Source: a virus (lineage: Duplodnaviria; Caudoviricetes). From it: 64,000 bases of DNA. Shown in pieces: positions 1 through 8,899 of this stretch; the stretch's first letter is position 1, and each line of letters opens with the position of its first letter. The stretch lies in IMG/VR virus record IMGVR_UViG_3300012665_000475, positions 2,263 through 66,262 of that record. One strand, written 5' to 3'. The notes below the pieces were generated by a model. That model was not told where the DNA came from, made no database searches, and saw nothing but the letters and a program-made list of their open reading frames with translations. Both the position numbers and the translations under genes were made by a program.

Positions 1-548
1 AGATAAAAGATATGAAGGGTATGGAAACCAGTGGGTATTCCGATATCACTAAGCAAATAGACCAAACAATTGATTTCTTTTCTAGAAATACAGACTTGGT
101 GTATAACAATACAGATGATAAATTTGACTTACCTGAAAACTTTTTCTTATTAAATGTACTATACTACAATGGTAAAGAGGTTACTCACGTGGACCAAGGT
201 AAATTATATTATTTGCTTAATTCCAATCTAACAGCACCTACAGAAACATATCCTACATACGTAATGCAGGGTAATCAGGTTGCTGTGTATCCTACTACTA
301 TTACAGATAATATTAACATCTATTATGTTCGTTATCCAGCGGATCCAAAGTGGACATATACAGTAGTAAACGGAAGTCCTTTGTTTAATCAATCAGCAAA
401 TGACTACCAAGATTTTGAGTTAGCTATATCTGATTTTCCTAAATTAGTAGTTAAGATTTGCGAATATGCAGGAGTTAGTATTAGAGAGATGGATGTTACA
501 TCAGCAGCTCGTGCAGAAGAAGCGTACACTGATCAAAAACAACAATAA
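1..548 (+). CDS. Tail ring/head-tail connector protein, probably 5'-truncated by the window edge
   Basis: Frame is open upstream of the ATG at 12. C-terminal motifs YxRYPxDPKWTY and DFEL...LVVKI..YAG resemble ring/tubular proteins that follow the MCP in crAss-like and flavobacterial podoviruses; first gene of the tail block. Confidence 0.6.
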   Translation, partial: IKDMKGMETSGYSDITKQIDQTIDFFSRNTDLVYNNTDDKFDLPENFFLLNVLYYNGKEVTHVDQGKLYYLLNSNLTAPTETYPTYVMQGNQVAVYPTTITDNINIYYVRYPADPKWTYTVVNGSPLFNQSANDYQDFELAISDFPKLVVKICEYAGVSIREMDVTSAARAEEAYTDQKQQ

Positions 549-1444
549 TGAATCAGGAGAAATATTATACCAATGATGGGGTCACCCCTACCGATGCCAA
601 TTGGGGCACGTATCAGAACGTAACATTAGGTGATGTTGTGAATAACTTCATCTTAATGTATACAGATGATGGGGATTTGTTGAATAATATCAACAGATAT
701 AAAGTTTTGTTCCACGCTAAAAGAGCGGTACAGGAATTAAACTATGACGGTAATCGTCAAACTAATGCATTACAGTTGGAAGTTGGGCACAATTTACAAT
801 TTGTATTGCCTCCCGATTATGTGAACTACGTTCGTGTTTCTTTATTCTGGGGAGGTAACTTATATCCAATGTCCGAGAATCCTCAGGCTAATTCATCTAT
901 TGAATTCTTGCAGGATGATGAATATCAAATTTTATTTGATGACCAGGGTAATGCGTTACAGGGAACATCTAAGTTAGACTTATCTCGTATTGATGGAGAG
1001 AACTATATGTTATGCCCATTCAATAATCAATGGGGTTGGTATGTAGATGGATTATGGTATTTTACTTGGGGATTTGGTGCTGCTTATGGATTAAACACAG
1101 AAGTAGCTAATGTTAACCCAACATTTAGAGTAGATAAAGCAGCAGGCGTAATTAACTTTAGCTCAGGAGTATTTAATCAATCTGTGGTATTAGAATACAT
1201 TTCAGATGGTTTGTATCCAGGTGATGACAATCAGATTGTTATTAATAAGTTAGCTGAAGAATATATCTACTCATATATTAAGTGGGCTATCTTGAATACT
1301 AAGGCAAATCAGCCTGAATATATTATTTCAAGAGCTCGCAAAGAGAAAGTTTCCAATTGGAGAAACGCAAAGATTAGATTGAGTAATTTACACCCAGGCC
1401 GCCTATTAATGAATATGAGAGGTCAATCTAAGTGGATTAAGTAA
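548..1444 (+). CDS. Virion structural (tail ring/tubular) protein
   Basis: 298 aa; motifs V.FHAKRAVQELNYD, LPPDYVNYVRVS, LEYISDG and EEYIYSYI typical of the structural gene upstream of the stabilization protein in this phage type; ATG overlaps the previous stop. Confidence 0.65.
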   Translation: MNQEKYYTNDGVTPTDANWGTYQNVTLGDVVNNFILMYTDDGDLLNNINRYKVLFHAKRAVQELNYDGNRQTNALQLEVGHNLQFVLPPDYVNYVRVSLFWGGNLYPMSENPQANSSIEFLQDDEYQILFDDQGNALQGTSKLDLSRIDGENYMLCPFNNQWGWYVDGLWYFTWGFGAAYGLNTEVANVNPTFRVDKAAGVINFSSGVFNQSVVLEYISDGLYPGDDNQIVINKLAEEYIYSYIKWAILNTKANQPEYIISRARKEKVSNWRNAKIRLSNLHPGRLLMNMRGQSKWIK

Positions 1445-4400
1445 ATGATAGAACTTCAAAGAAATTTTCTTTCGGGGGTAATGAACAAGGACCTTGACCC
1501 CCACTTTTTGCCTGATGGTACATATAGAGATGCACTCAATATTATTGTGGCTGATTCTGACGGAACATTTGTTTCAGAAGAGGGGAGTCACAATGGCGTA
1601 GCTCAAAACTACTTAGGCAATGTTTTAAAGGGAACTGATTACGAGTTAACTAATGCAACGTGTATTGGTTCACTTGCTTATGAGACCAACAATAGTATTT
1701 ATTGGTTAGTTGCATCTGATTATTTAGATGCTATCTACGAATACAATGAAACACTAGATTTAACAACGCCTATTCTTCAGGCCACCAAAACACCTACTAC
1801 GACTTCATTGCTTGGCTTTAACAAGGAGTTCTTTGTTACAGGCATCAATTATATCAACGGGCTACTTTTTTGGACTGACAATCTAAATCCTCCACGCAGG
1901 ATAAATATTGATCGTGCAAAGAATTATGCAGTAGATGGTTTTACTGAAGCTGATATTAATGTAATTTTAGCACCGCCATTAGCGGCACCAACAATTAATT
2001 TATATACACAAGGAGAAGCTAACAACTTAGAGAATAAGTTTCTTTACTTTTCTTATAGATATAAATACTTAGATAATGAGTACAGTGCATTATCTCCATT
2101 TACTCCTGTCGCTTTTTTCCCTAAGCAATACGCTTATGATTATGGTGTGTCAGAGAATGTGTCGATGGTTAACAATTTTAACACTGCCGATATAACATTT
2201 AATTCTGGCCCCGCTAACGTAAAAGAAGTTCAGTTAGTTTTCAGAGATACTCAAAGTACTAATACATATGTAATTGATAACTTAGTTAAATCACTAAACG
2301 ATTACAGTGACAATACAGAGTATTCATACCAATTCAAGAACAATAAAGTATTTACTTTGCTGCCTATTGAACAGGTAAATAGATTATTTGATAATGTACC
2401 AATTAGAGCCAAATCTCAAGAATTAATTGGAAGTAGATTAGTATACGGTAATTACACTCAATTCTTTGATTTAATAAAAGAGAATAAAGAGCCAATAAAT
2501 CCAGCTTTCTCTGTATCATTTATACCTAATTCAGTCGTAGCAGGAACACCTACTCCTACATTCAAGAGTAATAGAGATTACGAAATTGGTATTGTATACT
2601 TAGATGATTACGGCAGAACAACTACTGTAATTACACCTACAGAAAATACTAATACAGTATTTATACCAGCATCGAGTGCTATTAAGGCAAATAATATTCG
2701 AATTACTATTGATGGAACATACCAACCTCCTGCTTTTGCTACTCATTATCGTTTTGTAATTAAGCAAGATAAGCAAGAGTACTACAATTTATTTCCATTG
2801 ACTTATTTTGAAGATGGTCAGTTTAAATGGTTCTTAATTAACCAAGCAGATCAAGACAAAATATCTGTAGGTTCTTATTTGTTTTTAAAAGGTTTATCAA
2901 ATAATACGAATGTACAATACAAAGTATTAGATATTCAATCTAAAAATGCAAACTTTTTAAATACAGCTAATGTAAATCAACCGGCAGGTGTATATTTTAA
3001 AATAAAGATTGATGACGCTGTATTACCACCTATTACATCTTATTCAGATGCCCAAGTAAGTGATAGCTCATCTACAGACACACCTGTTTTTGATAGATTT
3101 AGTGTTGCTGAGAATGCAATATTTTATGGTATAGGTTTAAATGATATGACCACTGGTGCATCAAATGCATATAGTGGTGTAGATGATATTAGATTCTATG
3201 TTCAGATAGATGGTGCAAGCACATTCAAATATTACGCTACGTATAAAGGAACGTATAAAAATCTAGTTGCATCAAATGTAGCTATTACAGCTGGTGTAGA
3301 TCAAGTTTTAACATACTCGGGCCTTAGTTGTTCTATTAATTTTGCTTCAGCAACAGGTCATACAATAGATGATTATTGGGTTGTAAACTGTGTTAGTACA
3401 GGAGGTTATAGTATTTTCGGGGGTTCTACCAACGAAAGCACATTGCTTTACCCTACTGCATTTTTCACGTTTACGGATTGGTCAATAAGCCCATCAAATG
3501 ATGAGGACAGACCAATTAAAGCAGGTGCTATAGTTACCTTTAAATATAAGGAGACTGATAATGCCGACCAGTGGATTACTCAAACATTTATCTCAACAAA
3601 AGACTATGTTAACATAGAGGAGTGGTTTGTTGAAGATTATGTATATAAGAAGTGGATTCAATATGATGGCCAATCTAAAAATTTAGGTGCAAGAAATATT
3701 GTCTTTAGAAGAGGTGTAGCATCTGCTATAAATCCATCTAGAATATCTCAAGGTGGATCTATAAGTACTGCTTCATTAGCTTATCCTGTGTATATGTATT
3801 TCTATACATATCAATCTACAACAAGTGGAGCTAATGTAGACACTAATTTTAATTTGCAGCAATCTGATTATCCATCTTTGTTTGAGACCGTTCCAGTAGA
3901 CACCAACCAAGATATATATTATGAGCTTTCACAAACGTATCCTATTATCGATGGCAATCACTATGGAAATGTTGACAATCAGAATGTTGCATTGGGTGCT
4001 CCGGCGATAGTAGATTTAAATACGCTTGACTTCAACTCAGACTTTAATGCATTTACTTTTGGTAATGGTGTTGAAAGTTTTAGAATTAGAGATGCGTGGA
4101 ATGCTGCAACAATGCAGTTTAGTCCACGTGCTAACTCTACTATTGAGGGTTATGAGCAACAAACCCTAGTTCAAGCTCTTACATATAGTGGTATCTATAC
4201 TGAAACATCTGCAATTAATAGATTAAATGAGTTTAATTTATCGCTTGGTAACTTTAAATATTTAGATAGATTCTTTGGTTCTATTCAAAAATTATTTTCT
4301 CGTGATACAGATTTAATAGTATTACAAGAGAATAAGATATCTAAGGTTCTTTATGGCAAGAATTTATTAAGTGATTCTACAGGAGGAGGGGTTGTTGCAT

Positions 4401-5548
4401 CTATTCCTGAAGTTTTAGGAACTCAAATTTCTTACGAGGGGGAATACGGCATTAGTCTTAACCCAGAAAGTTTTGCTAAGTGGGGTAATGACTTGTATTT
4501 TACAGATGCAAGACGTGGTGCTGTAATGGCATTACAATCAAATGGGTTATTTGAGATTTCATCTCAAGGTATGAAGAACTGGTTCAAAGCTAATTTAGAT
4601 ACTAATGTTGTAAAACTTGGTATGATTGATCCATACTTTGAGCACTATGTATTATCTGTAGACAATGATAGAAAGGTTAAGACTTGTGCATTATCTGTTA
4701 CTCCTACTAGTTTGTCATTTAGTGGACTAGCTCAAACTAAAACATTCTATATTGAGTCCAACTCTGATTGGGAGATAACGGTTCCAACAAATACTTGGGT
4801 TACCTTGAGTGACAGATTTGGCTCTAATAATCAATTGGTTAGTGTAACTGTTACTTCAAATTCAGTAGAGGCAAGGGATTTAGATATAACTATTAGTAGT
4901 TGTGCTGATGATGTTATTTTAAATATAAGCCAATCGATTGCTTATGATTGGTATGAATTATTAGATTGTGATACATCTGACATTTCTTATTCTACTCAGT
5001 ATACAGTTGGAACATTTGAATTAAATGATCGTGTTACTTATGGTGATACTACATTTAACATTGTTGATGTATTAAACGAGGAGCCTATTGGGTCTCTAAT
5101 TGAAATTAATTCAACAGGATTACAAGGATGTCCTACTCCTGCTGCTTTCTGGTATCAGTTGTTTAATTGTTTTGACAGTTCTACTGCTAACTCACAAAGT
5201 TATGCTCCAGGAACATTTGCTATAGATGACAGAGTTACGTCAGGAGGAAATACATATGTTATTACAGGCGAGATAGAATACAACCCTGGTGGAACATTGT
5301 TAGCAATTACTCCTACAGGTGAAACAGGATGTGAGACATTGACTACTTATTATGAGTTGTCAGAATGCTCTCCTGGTACTGGATACGCATATACTACAAT
5401 TGTTCCTGGAGCAATTGGTAGAAGATATGTTTTACCATATCCAACTGAAACATTCTATACATACACAGGAGCTACGCTTACACAAAGCACGGTTCCTCCT
5501 GGGTATAACGGTTCGATTCAAATTACATCGTTCTATAGTTGTCCATAA
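1445..5548 (+). CDS. Tail stabilization/muzzle protein (P22 gp10-like), N-terminal part, with C-terminal BACON-like domain and three Cys-bracketed modules
   Basis: 1367 aa; N-terminal MNKDLDP...YRDALNI, LFWTDNLNPPRRINI, FSYRYKY.DNEYSALSPF, KSNRDYEIGIVYLDDYGR and GSIQKL...ENKISKVL, YGISLNPESFA motifs. Tail SVTPTSLSF...ESNSDWEI...W resembles BACON. Confidence 0.75.
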   Translation: MIELQRNFLSGVMNKDLDPHFLPDGTYRDALNIIVADSDGTFVSEEGSHNGVAQNYLGNVLKGTDYELTNATCIGSLAYETNNSIYWLVASDYLDAIYEYNETLDLTTPILQATKTPTTTSLLGFNKEFFVTGINYINGLLFWTDNLNPPRRINIDRAKNYAVDGFTEADINVILAPPLAAPTINLYTQGEANNLENKFLYFSYRYKYLDNEYSALSPFTPVAFFPKQYAYDYGVSENVSMVNNFNTADITFNSGPANVKEVQLVFRDTQSTNTYVIDNLVKSLNDYSDNTEYSYQFKNNKVFTLLPIEQVNRLFDNVPIRAKSQELIGSRLVYGNYTQFFDLIKENKEPINPAFSVSFIPNSVVAGTPTPTFKSNRDYEIGIVYLDDYGRTTTVITPTENTNTVFIPASSAIKANNIRITIDGTYQPPAFATHYRFVIKQDKQEYYNLFPLTYFEDGQFKWFLINQADQDKISVGSYLFLKGLSNNTNVQYKVLDIQSKNANFLNTANVNQPAGVYFKIKIDDAVLPPITSYSDAQVSDSSSTDTPVFDRFSVAENAIFYGIGLNDMTTGASNAYSGVDDIRFYVQIDGASTFKYYATYKGTYKNLVASNVAITAGVDQVLTYSGLSCSINFASATGHTIDDYWVVNCVSTGGYSIFGGSTNESTLLYPTAFFTFTDWSISPSNDEDRPIKAGAIVTFKYKETDNADQWITQTFISTKDYVNIEEWFVEDYVYKKWIQYDGQSKNLGARNIVFRRGVASAINPSRISQGGSISTASLAYPVYMYFYTYQSTTSGANVDTNFNLQQSDYPSLFETVPVDTNQDIYYELSQTYPIIDGNHYGNVDNQNVALGAPAIVDLNTLDFNSDFNAFTFGNGVESFRIRDAWNAATMQFSPRANSTIEGYEQQTLVQALTYSGIYTETSAINRLNEFNLSLGNFKYLDRFFGSIQKLFSRDTDLIVLQENKISKVLYGKNLLSDSTGGGVVASIPEVLGTQISYEGEYGISLNPESFAKWGNDLYFTDARRGAVMALQSNGLFEISSQGMKNWFKANLDTNVVKLGMIDPYFEHYVLSVDNDRKVKTCALSVTPTSLSFSGLAQTKTFYIESNSDWEITVPTNTWVTLSDRFGSNNQLVSVTVTSNSVEARDLDITISSCADDVILNISQSIAYDWYELLDCDTSDISYSTQYTVGTFELNDRVTYGDTTFNIVDVLNEEPIGSLIEINSTGLQGCPTPAAFWYQLFNCFDSSTANSQSYAPGTFAIDDRVTSGGNTYVITGEIEYNPGGTLLAITPTGETGCETLTTYYELSECSPGTGYAYTTIVPGAIGRRYVLPYPTETFYTYTGATLTQSTVPPGYNGSIQITSFYSCP

Positions 5549-5560
5549 TATTTAAATAAG

Positions 5561-5568
5561 TAAATTTG
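5561..5568 (+). promoter_or_regulatory. Bacteroidota sigma-A -7 box (TAAATTTG)
   Basis: Matches TAnnTTTG consensus, intergenic, 7 nt before the ATG at 5576. Confidence 0.55.
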
Positions 5569-5575
5569 CAAACAT

Positions 5576-6301
5576 ATGGCAAACTATACAATTACATATT
5601 CTCCTAAGTCAACAGGATGGACATCATACCACTCATATTTACCTGAGTGGATGGTGTCTATGAATAATTATTTGTACACATTTAAGAATGGGAATCTATA
5701 TAAACATAATTCTAACACTGTTAGAAATAATTATTATGGAGTCCAATATGATTCTAAAATAACAACCATATTTAATAACGAGCCATCTCAAACAAAGTCG
5801 TTCAAAACCATAGCTACAAATTCAACTACAGCTTGGGATACTGATATTATATCAGACCAAGGGGTAGGATATATTGACGCAAGTTATTACGACTTAAAAG
5901 AGGGGACTTGGTATGGTTATATTAGAAGACCATCCGATGACAATGATTTATCATATACTTCTGCTCAAGGTGTTGGGAATGTAACCACATATGTGGCTGG
6001 AGTTTTAACATTTGCGTTTAATATTGGAAGCATTGTTAGCACAGGAGATAAACTTTATTGGCTTGATGGATCTACATTACGTATTATTGGTACAATTACT
6101 GCACACACTGCAACTACAATAACCGTGAGTGTGACTGGCACCGCACCGACAAATGGTAGCTTTATTCTATATGAGAAGAGCCCTGTCGCTGAGTCTAGTC
6201 CAACAAGAGGAACTTATTTGAGTGTAGAGTTTGTAAATAGCGACACAACTTACACAGAAATGTATATGGTAACTTCTGATGTATTCAAGAGTTATCCTTG
6301 A
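5576..6301 (+). CDS. C-terminal part of the tail stabilization protein, encoded as a separate gene
   Basis: TITYS....GWTSYHSYLPEWM..MNNYLYTFKNGNLYKHN...YYG and FN.EPS..KSFKTI, KEG.WYGYI motifs are normally the end of the gp10-like stabilization protein. Confidence 0.65.
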   Translation: MANYTITYSPKSTGWTSYHSYLPEWMVSMNNYLYTFKNGNLYKHNSNTVRNNYYGVQYDSKITTIFNNEPSQTKSFKTIATNSTTAWDTDIISDQGVGYIDASYYDLKEGTWYGYIRRPSDDNDLSYTSAQGVGNVTTYVAGVLTFAFNIGSIVSTGDKLYWLDGSTLRIIGTITAHTATTITVSVTGTAPTNGSFILYEKSPVAESSPTRGTYLSVEFVNSDTTYTEMYMVTSDVFKSYP

Positions 6302-6310
6302 TAATTTAAT

Positions 6311-6318
6311 TATATTTG
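6311..6318 (+). promoter_or_regulatory. Bacteroidota -7 box (TATATTTG)
   Basis: TAnnTTTG match, 4 nt before the ATG at 6323 (near-leaderless if used). Confidence 0.5.
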
Positions 6319-6322
6319 TAGA

Positions 6323-6730
6323 ATGGAATTTAATATAAGGTTACTAAACGAAAGTGACTACGATAATGTATTAGTAAATTGGTGGAAAGATTGGAGATGG
6401 CAAGCACCTGCTAAAGAAATGCTACCTAATAATGGATTGGGTGGATTTATGGTTTCAAAGGGTGATGTTAATATATGTGCAGGCTTTGCTTATTTTACTA
6501 ATTCTGGTATTGCATTTTGTGAGTTCATTATATCTAATTTTGAATATAAGGAAAAAGACAGAAAGGATGCAATTGAATTTTTAATTGAATCCATATCTAT
6601 TGCTTGTAAAGAGTCCGGCCACAAAGCCGTATGGACTGTTTTACGAAACAAAAGTTTAATAGATAAATATGAAAATTGCGGATTTAATAAGACGCAAGAT
6701 GGGTGTACCGAAATGATAAAATTATTATAA
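6323..6730 (+). CDS. GNAT-fold acetyltransferase-like protein
   Basis: IRLLNESDYD start, central beta strands (GFMV..GDVNICAGF), C-terminal LIDKYENCGF motif typical of GNAT motif B. Confidence 0.55.
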   Translation: MEFNIRLLNESDYDNVLVNWWKDWRWQAPAKEMLPNNGLGGFMVSKGDVNICAGFAYFTNSGIAFCEFIISNFEYKEKDRKDAIEFLIESISIACKESGHKAVWTVLRNKSLIDKYENCGFNKTQDGCTEMIKLL

Positions 6731-6731
6731 T

Positions 6732-7448
6732 ATGGCAATAGGAACAGCTGCCGCTATAGGTTTAGGAATATCGGCTTTAGGGTCTGGGTATCAAATATAC
6801 CAAGGTTCAAAAGCAAGATCAGATGCAAATAGTGCAGCAGCAAAAGCTGCACAACAATATGCTTCTATTCAAGAAGGCAATAAGTTTAATGAGATACAAG
6901 TACCTACATTGGGCCTTGAATTAGCTCAACAAAATTTACAAGCAAGGCAGGCTAGTAATATTGAAGCTTTGCAACAAGGAGGAGCAGCAACAGTCCTTGG
7001 TGGATTAACTGCTGCAAATCAACAAGCACAAGCAGAAGACTTACAGTTAGCCGCACAAGCACAAGAAGCACAGTATGCTCGTAATTTAGCAAGAGCTCAA
7101 AATGCACAGCAACTAGAATCTAACCGAGTTAACAGAGAAGCAGGATTAGCTCAAAGTAGAATACAAGGTGCTCAGGTTGCCGCTGCTGAAGGGGCTAGTA
7201 ATATTGCTGCAGGTATTGGTGGATTAGCTCAAGGTGCTTCTGATATTGCTACATTAGCTGCATATAAAGATATCTATGGTAAGAAAGGTACATTAGGTAA
7301 TACTGCTTTTGGTCAAGCAGCAAGTGCTTATTCAAAAGAATTAAGTTCTAATCCTTTAGGATCTGATTTTTCTATACCAAGTGGTTTAATGGGTGGATAT
7401 TATCAAAATCCAACAATTAATAAATTACCAACATTCCCACCAAGATAA
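6732..7448 (+). CDS. Internal virion/ejection protein (Ala/Gln/Gly-rich)
   Basis: Gly/Ala-rich N-terminus AIGTAAAIGLGISALG and Gln/Ala coiled coil; position typical of the first ejection protein of podoviruses. Confidence 0.6.
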   Translation: MAIGTAAAIGLGISALGSGYQIYQGSKARSDANSAAAKAAQQYASIQEGNKFNEIQVPTLGLELAQQNLQARQASNIEALQQGGAATVLGGLTAANQQAQAEDLQLAAQAQEAQYARNLARAQNAQQLESNRVNREAGLAQSRIQGAQVAAAEGASNIAAGIGGLAQGASDIATLAAYKDIYGKKGTLGNTAFGQAASAYSKELSSNPLGSDFSIPSGLMGGYYQNPTINKLPTFPPR

Positions 7449-7450
7449 TT

Positions 7451-8896
7451 ATGGCAGAATACGCAGGATATGTAGCATCTCAACCAATTGATTTTGGTAA
7501 AATTGGCACTGGATTAATTTCCAATGTTATTGAATTGCAAGACAGAAAAAGACAAGAGGAAGAAAAAGCTTTATTGCAACAAGAAAAACTTCAAGAAAAA
7601 GAAGACTTAGCATTAGCTTCAGAAACAGAAAAGGCTATGGCCCCTCTTCGGTCTGGGTTTAAGTCTGTGGCTGCACCTACTATAAAAGAGATAAAGTTTA
7701 AGTCTGTAGAGGGTGTTGCAAATAGATTGCAAGAATTACAAAATATGCAGAAACTTGGCAAGATAACTAATATGGATGCCAAGATTGAAAGAGAGAATCT
7801 AGTACAAGATATAAATGACTTAAAGGCTTCTATTGATGGATATGCTAGTGCAGAACAAAAAATCATTGCAGATGCTGATAAGCAATCCCCATTAGGAAGA
7901 TATCTAAATGAGATGTTTTTGCAAACCGGAGATTTAGAAAATACATCACCAATCATAAAAGACAAGAGATTGATGTTTGCTAAGATCGATCCTAATACAA
8001 ATAAAGTTATTGAAGGGACTGAAGCAACACCTGGTATTGTAGCTAGATATGATAAATTCCAAGATGATATTGTTAATTACGATTTAGCTGCTGATAAATT
8101 TAAAGTAGCTACTTATGATGTATTATCTAACTTAGGTGCTAGAGGTTTACTCAAAACATCTTCTATGGAAAGCAATCCTGAATACAAGAATGCTAAGGAT
8201 AAATTTATTGCTAGTTATGTAGCTACGCCTTATGATGTAGCACGTGTGCTTGCTGAAAGAGAGGGGTATGATTTTTATAGAACAGAAGCAGAAAAAAAGG
8301 AGAAACTAAAAACTAATCCTGATGCAAAACTTATATTAATAACAAAAGATCCTAGTGGATTTCCAACACCTGTCATTGATGATAAAATGAAACAAGAGGC
8401 AGTAGGTAGTTTGGATCAATTAATTGCTGCTAAAACAGGACAAAAGAAATCATTGACAACTAATCCTAATGCTCCTAAAGCATCAGGTGGAGGTACTAAG
8501 CCTAATGTTACTGACACTAATAGAGCCACATTAAGACAAGTAGCTGTAAACAATCTAGCCGATATACAAACAAACGGTAAAGATAGCCAAGCCGCAAAAG
8601 ATATGGCAAATGATTTGAATGACAAGGGTTATACAATCGTAAATATCGTAAATATACCGGGTGGTGTTAAATATGTTGATGCTAATGGTAAGGCTGTATA
8701 TACAGTAACTGATTTAAAAAGTACATTTAAAGCTATTCATCCATCCAAAAAGAGCGGAATTATTGAGAAAGATTGGTTACTTTTGTCAGGTGGTAAACCT
8801 GCACCAACTTCAACTGCGAAGCCTAAGGTAGAATCTAAAGCTAAAACTAAGACAGTAGGTTTATTGGATAATGTAAACGCAACAAAAAAGAAATAA
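7451..8896 (+). CDS. Internal virion/ejection protein
   Basis: 481 aa helical, charged; N-terminal YVASQPIDFGKIG motif; lies between the small and giant internal proteins. Confidence 0.55.
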   Translation: MAEYAGYVASQPIDFGKIGTGLISNVIELQDRKRQEEEKALLQQEKLQEKEDLALASETEKAMAPLRSGFKSVAAPTIKEIKFKSVEGVANRLQELQNMQKLGKITNMDAKIERENLVQDINDLKASIDGYASAEQKIIADADKQSPLGRYLNEMFLQTGDLENTSPIIKDKRLMFAKIDPNTNKVIEGTEATPGIVARYDKFQDDIVNYDLAADKFKVATYDVLSNLGARGLLKTSSMESNPEYKNAKDKFIASYVATPYDVARVLAEREGYDFYRTEAEKKEKLKTNPDAKLILITKDPSGFPTPVIDDKMKQEAVGSLDQLIAAKTGQKKSLTTNPNAPKASGGGTKPNVTDTNRATLRQVAVNNLADIQTNGKDSQAAKDMANDLNDKGYTIVNIVNIPGGVKYVDANGKAVYTVTDLKSTFKAIHPSKKSGIIEKDWLLLSGGKPAPTSTAKPKVESKAKTKTVGLLDNVNATKKK

Positions 8897-8899
8897 TTA

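Noticed and set aside
5352-5555. Alternate-frame ORF as a frameshift bridge
   Set aside because: It ends before 5576, has no slippery site I could identify, and the translation looks non-protein-like.
5549-5575. Stop-codon readthrough or recoding fusing 1445-5548 with in-frame 5576-6301
   Set aside because: Two in-frame TAA stops (5546, 5561) and a promoter box in the gap; all other genes read normally in code 11, so there is no sign of codon reassignment.
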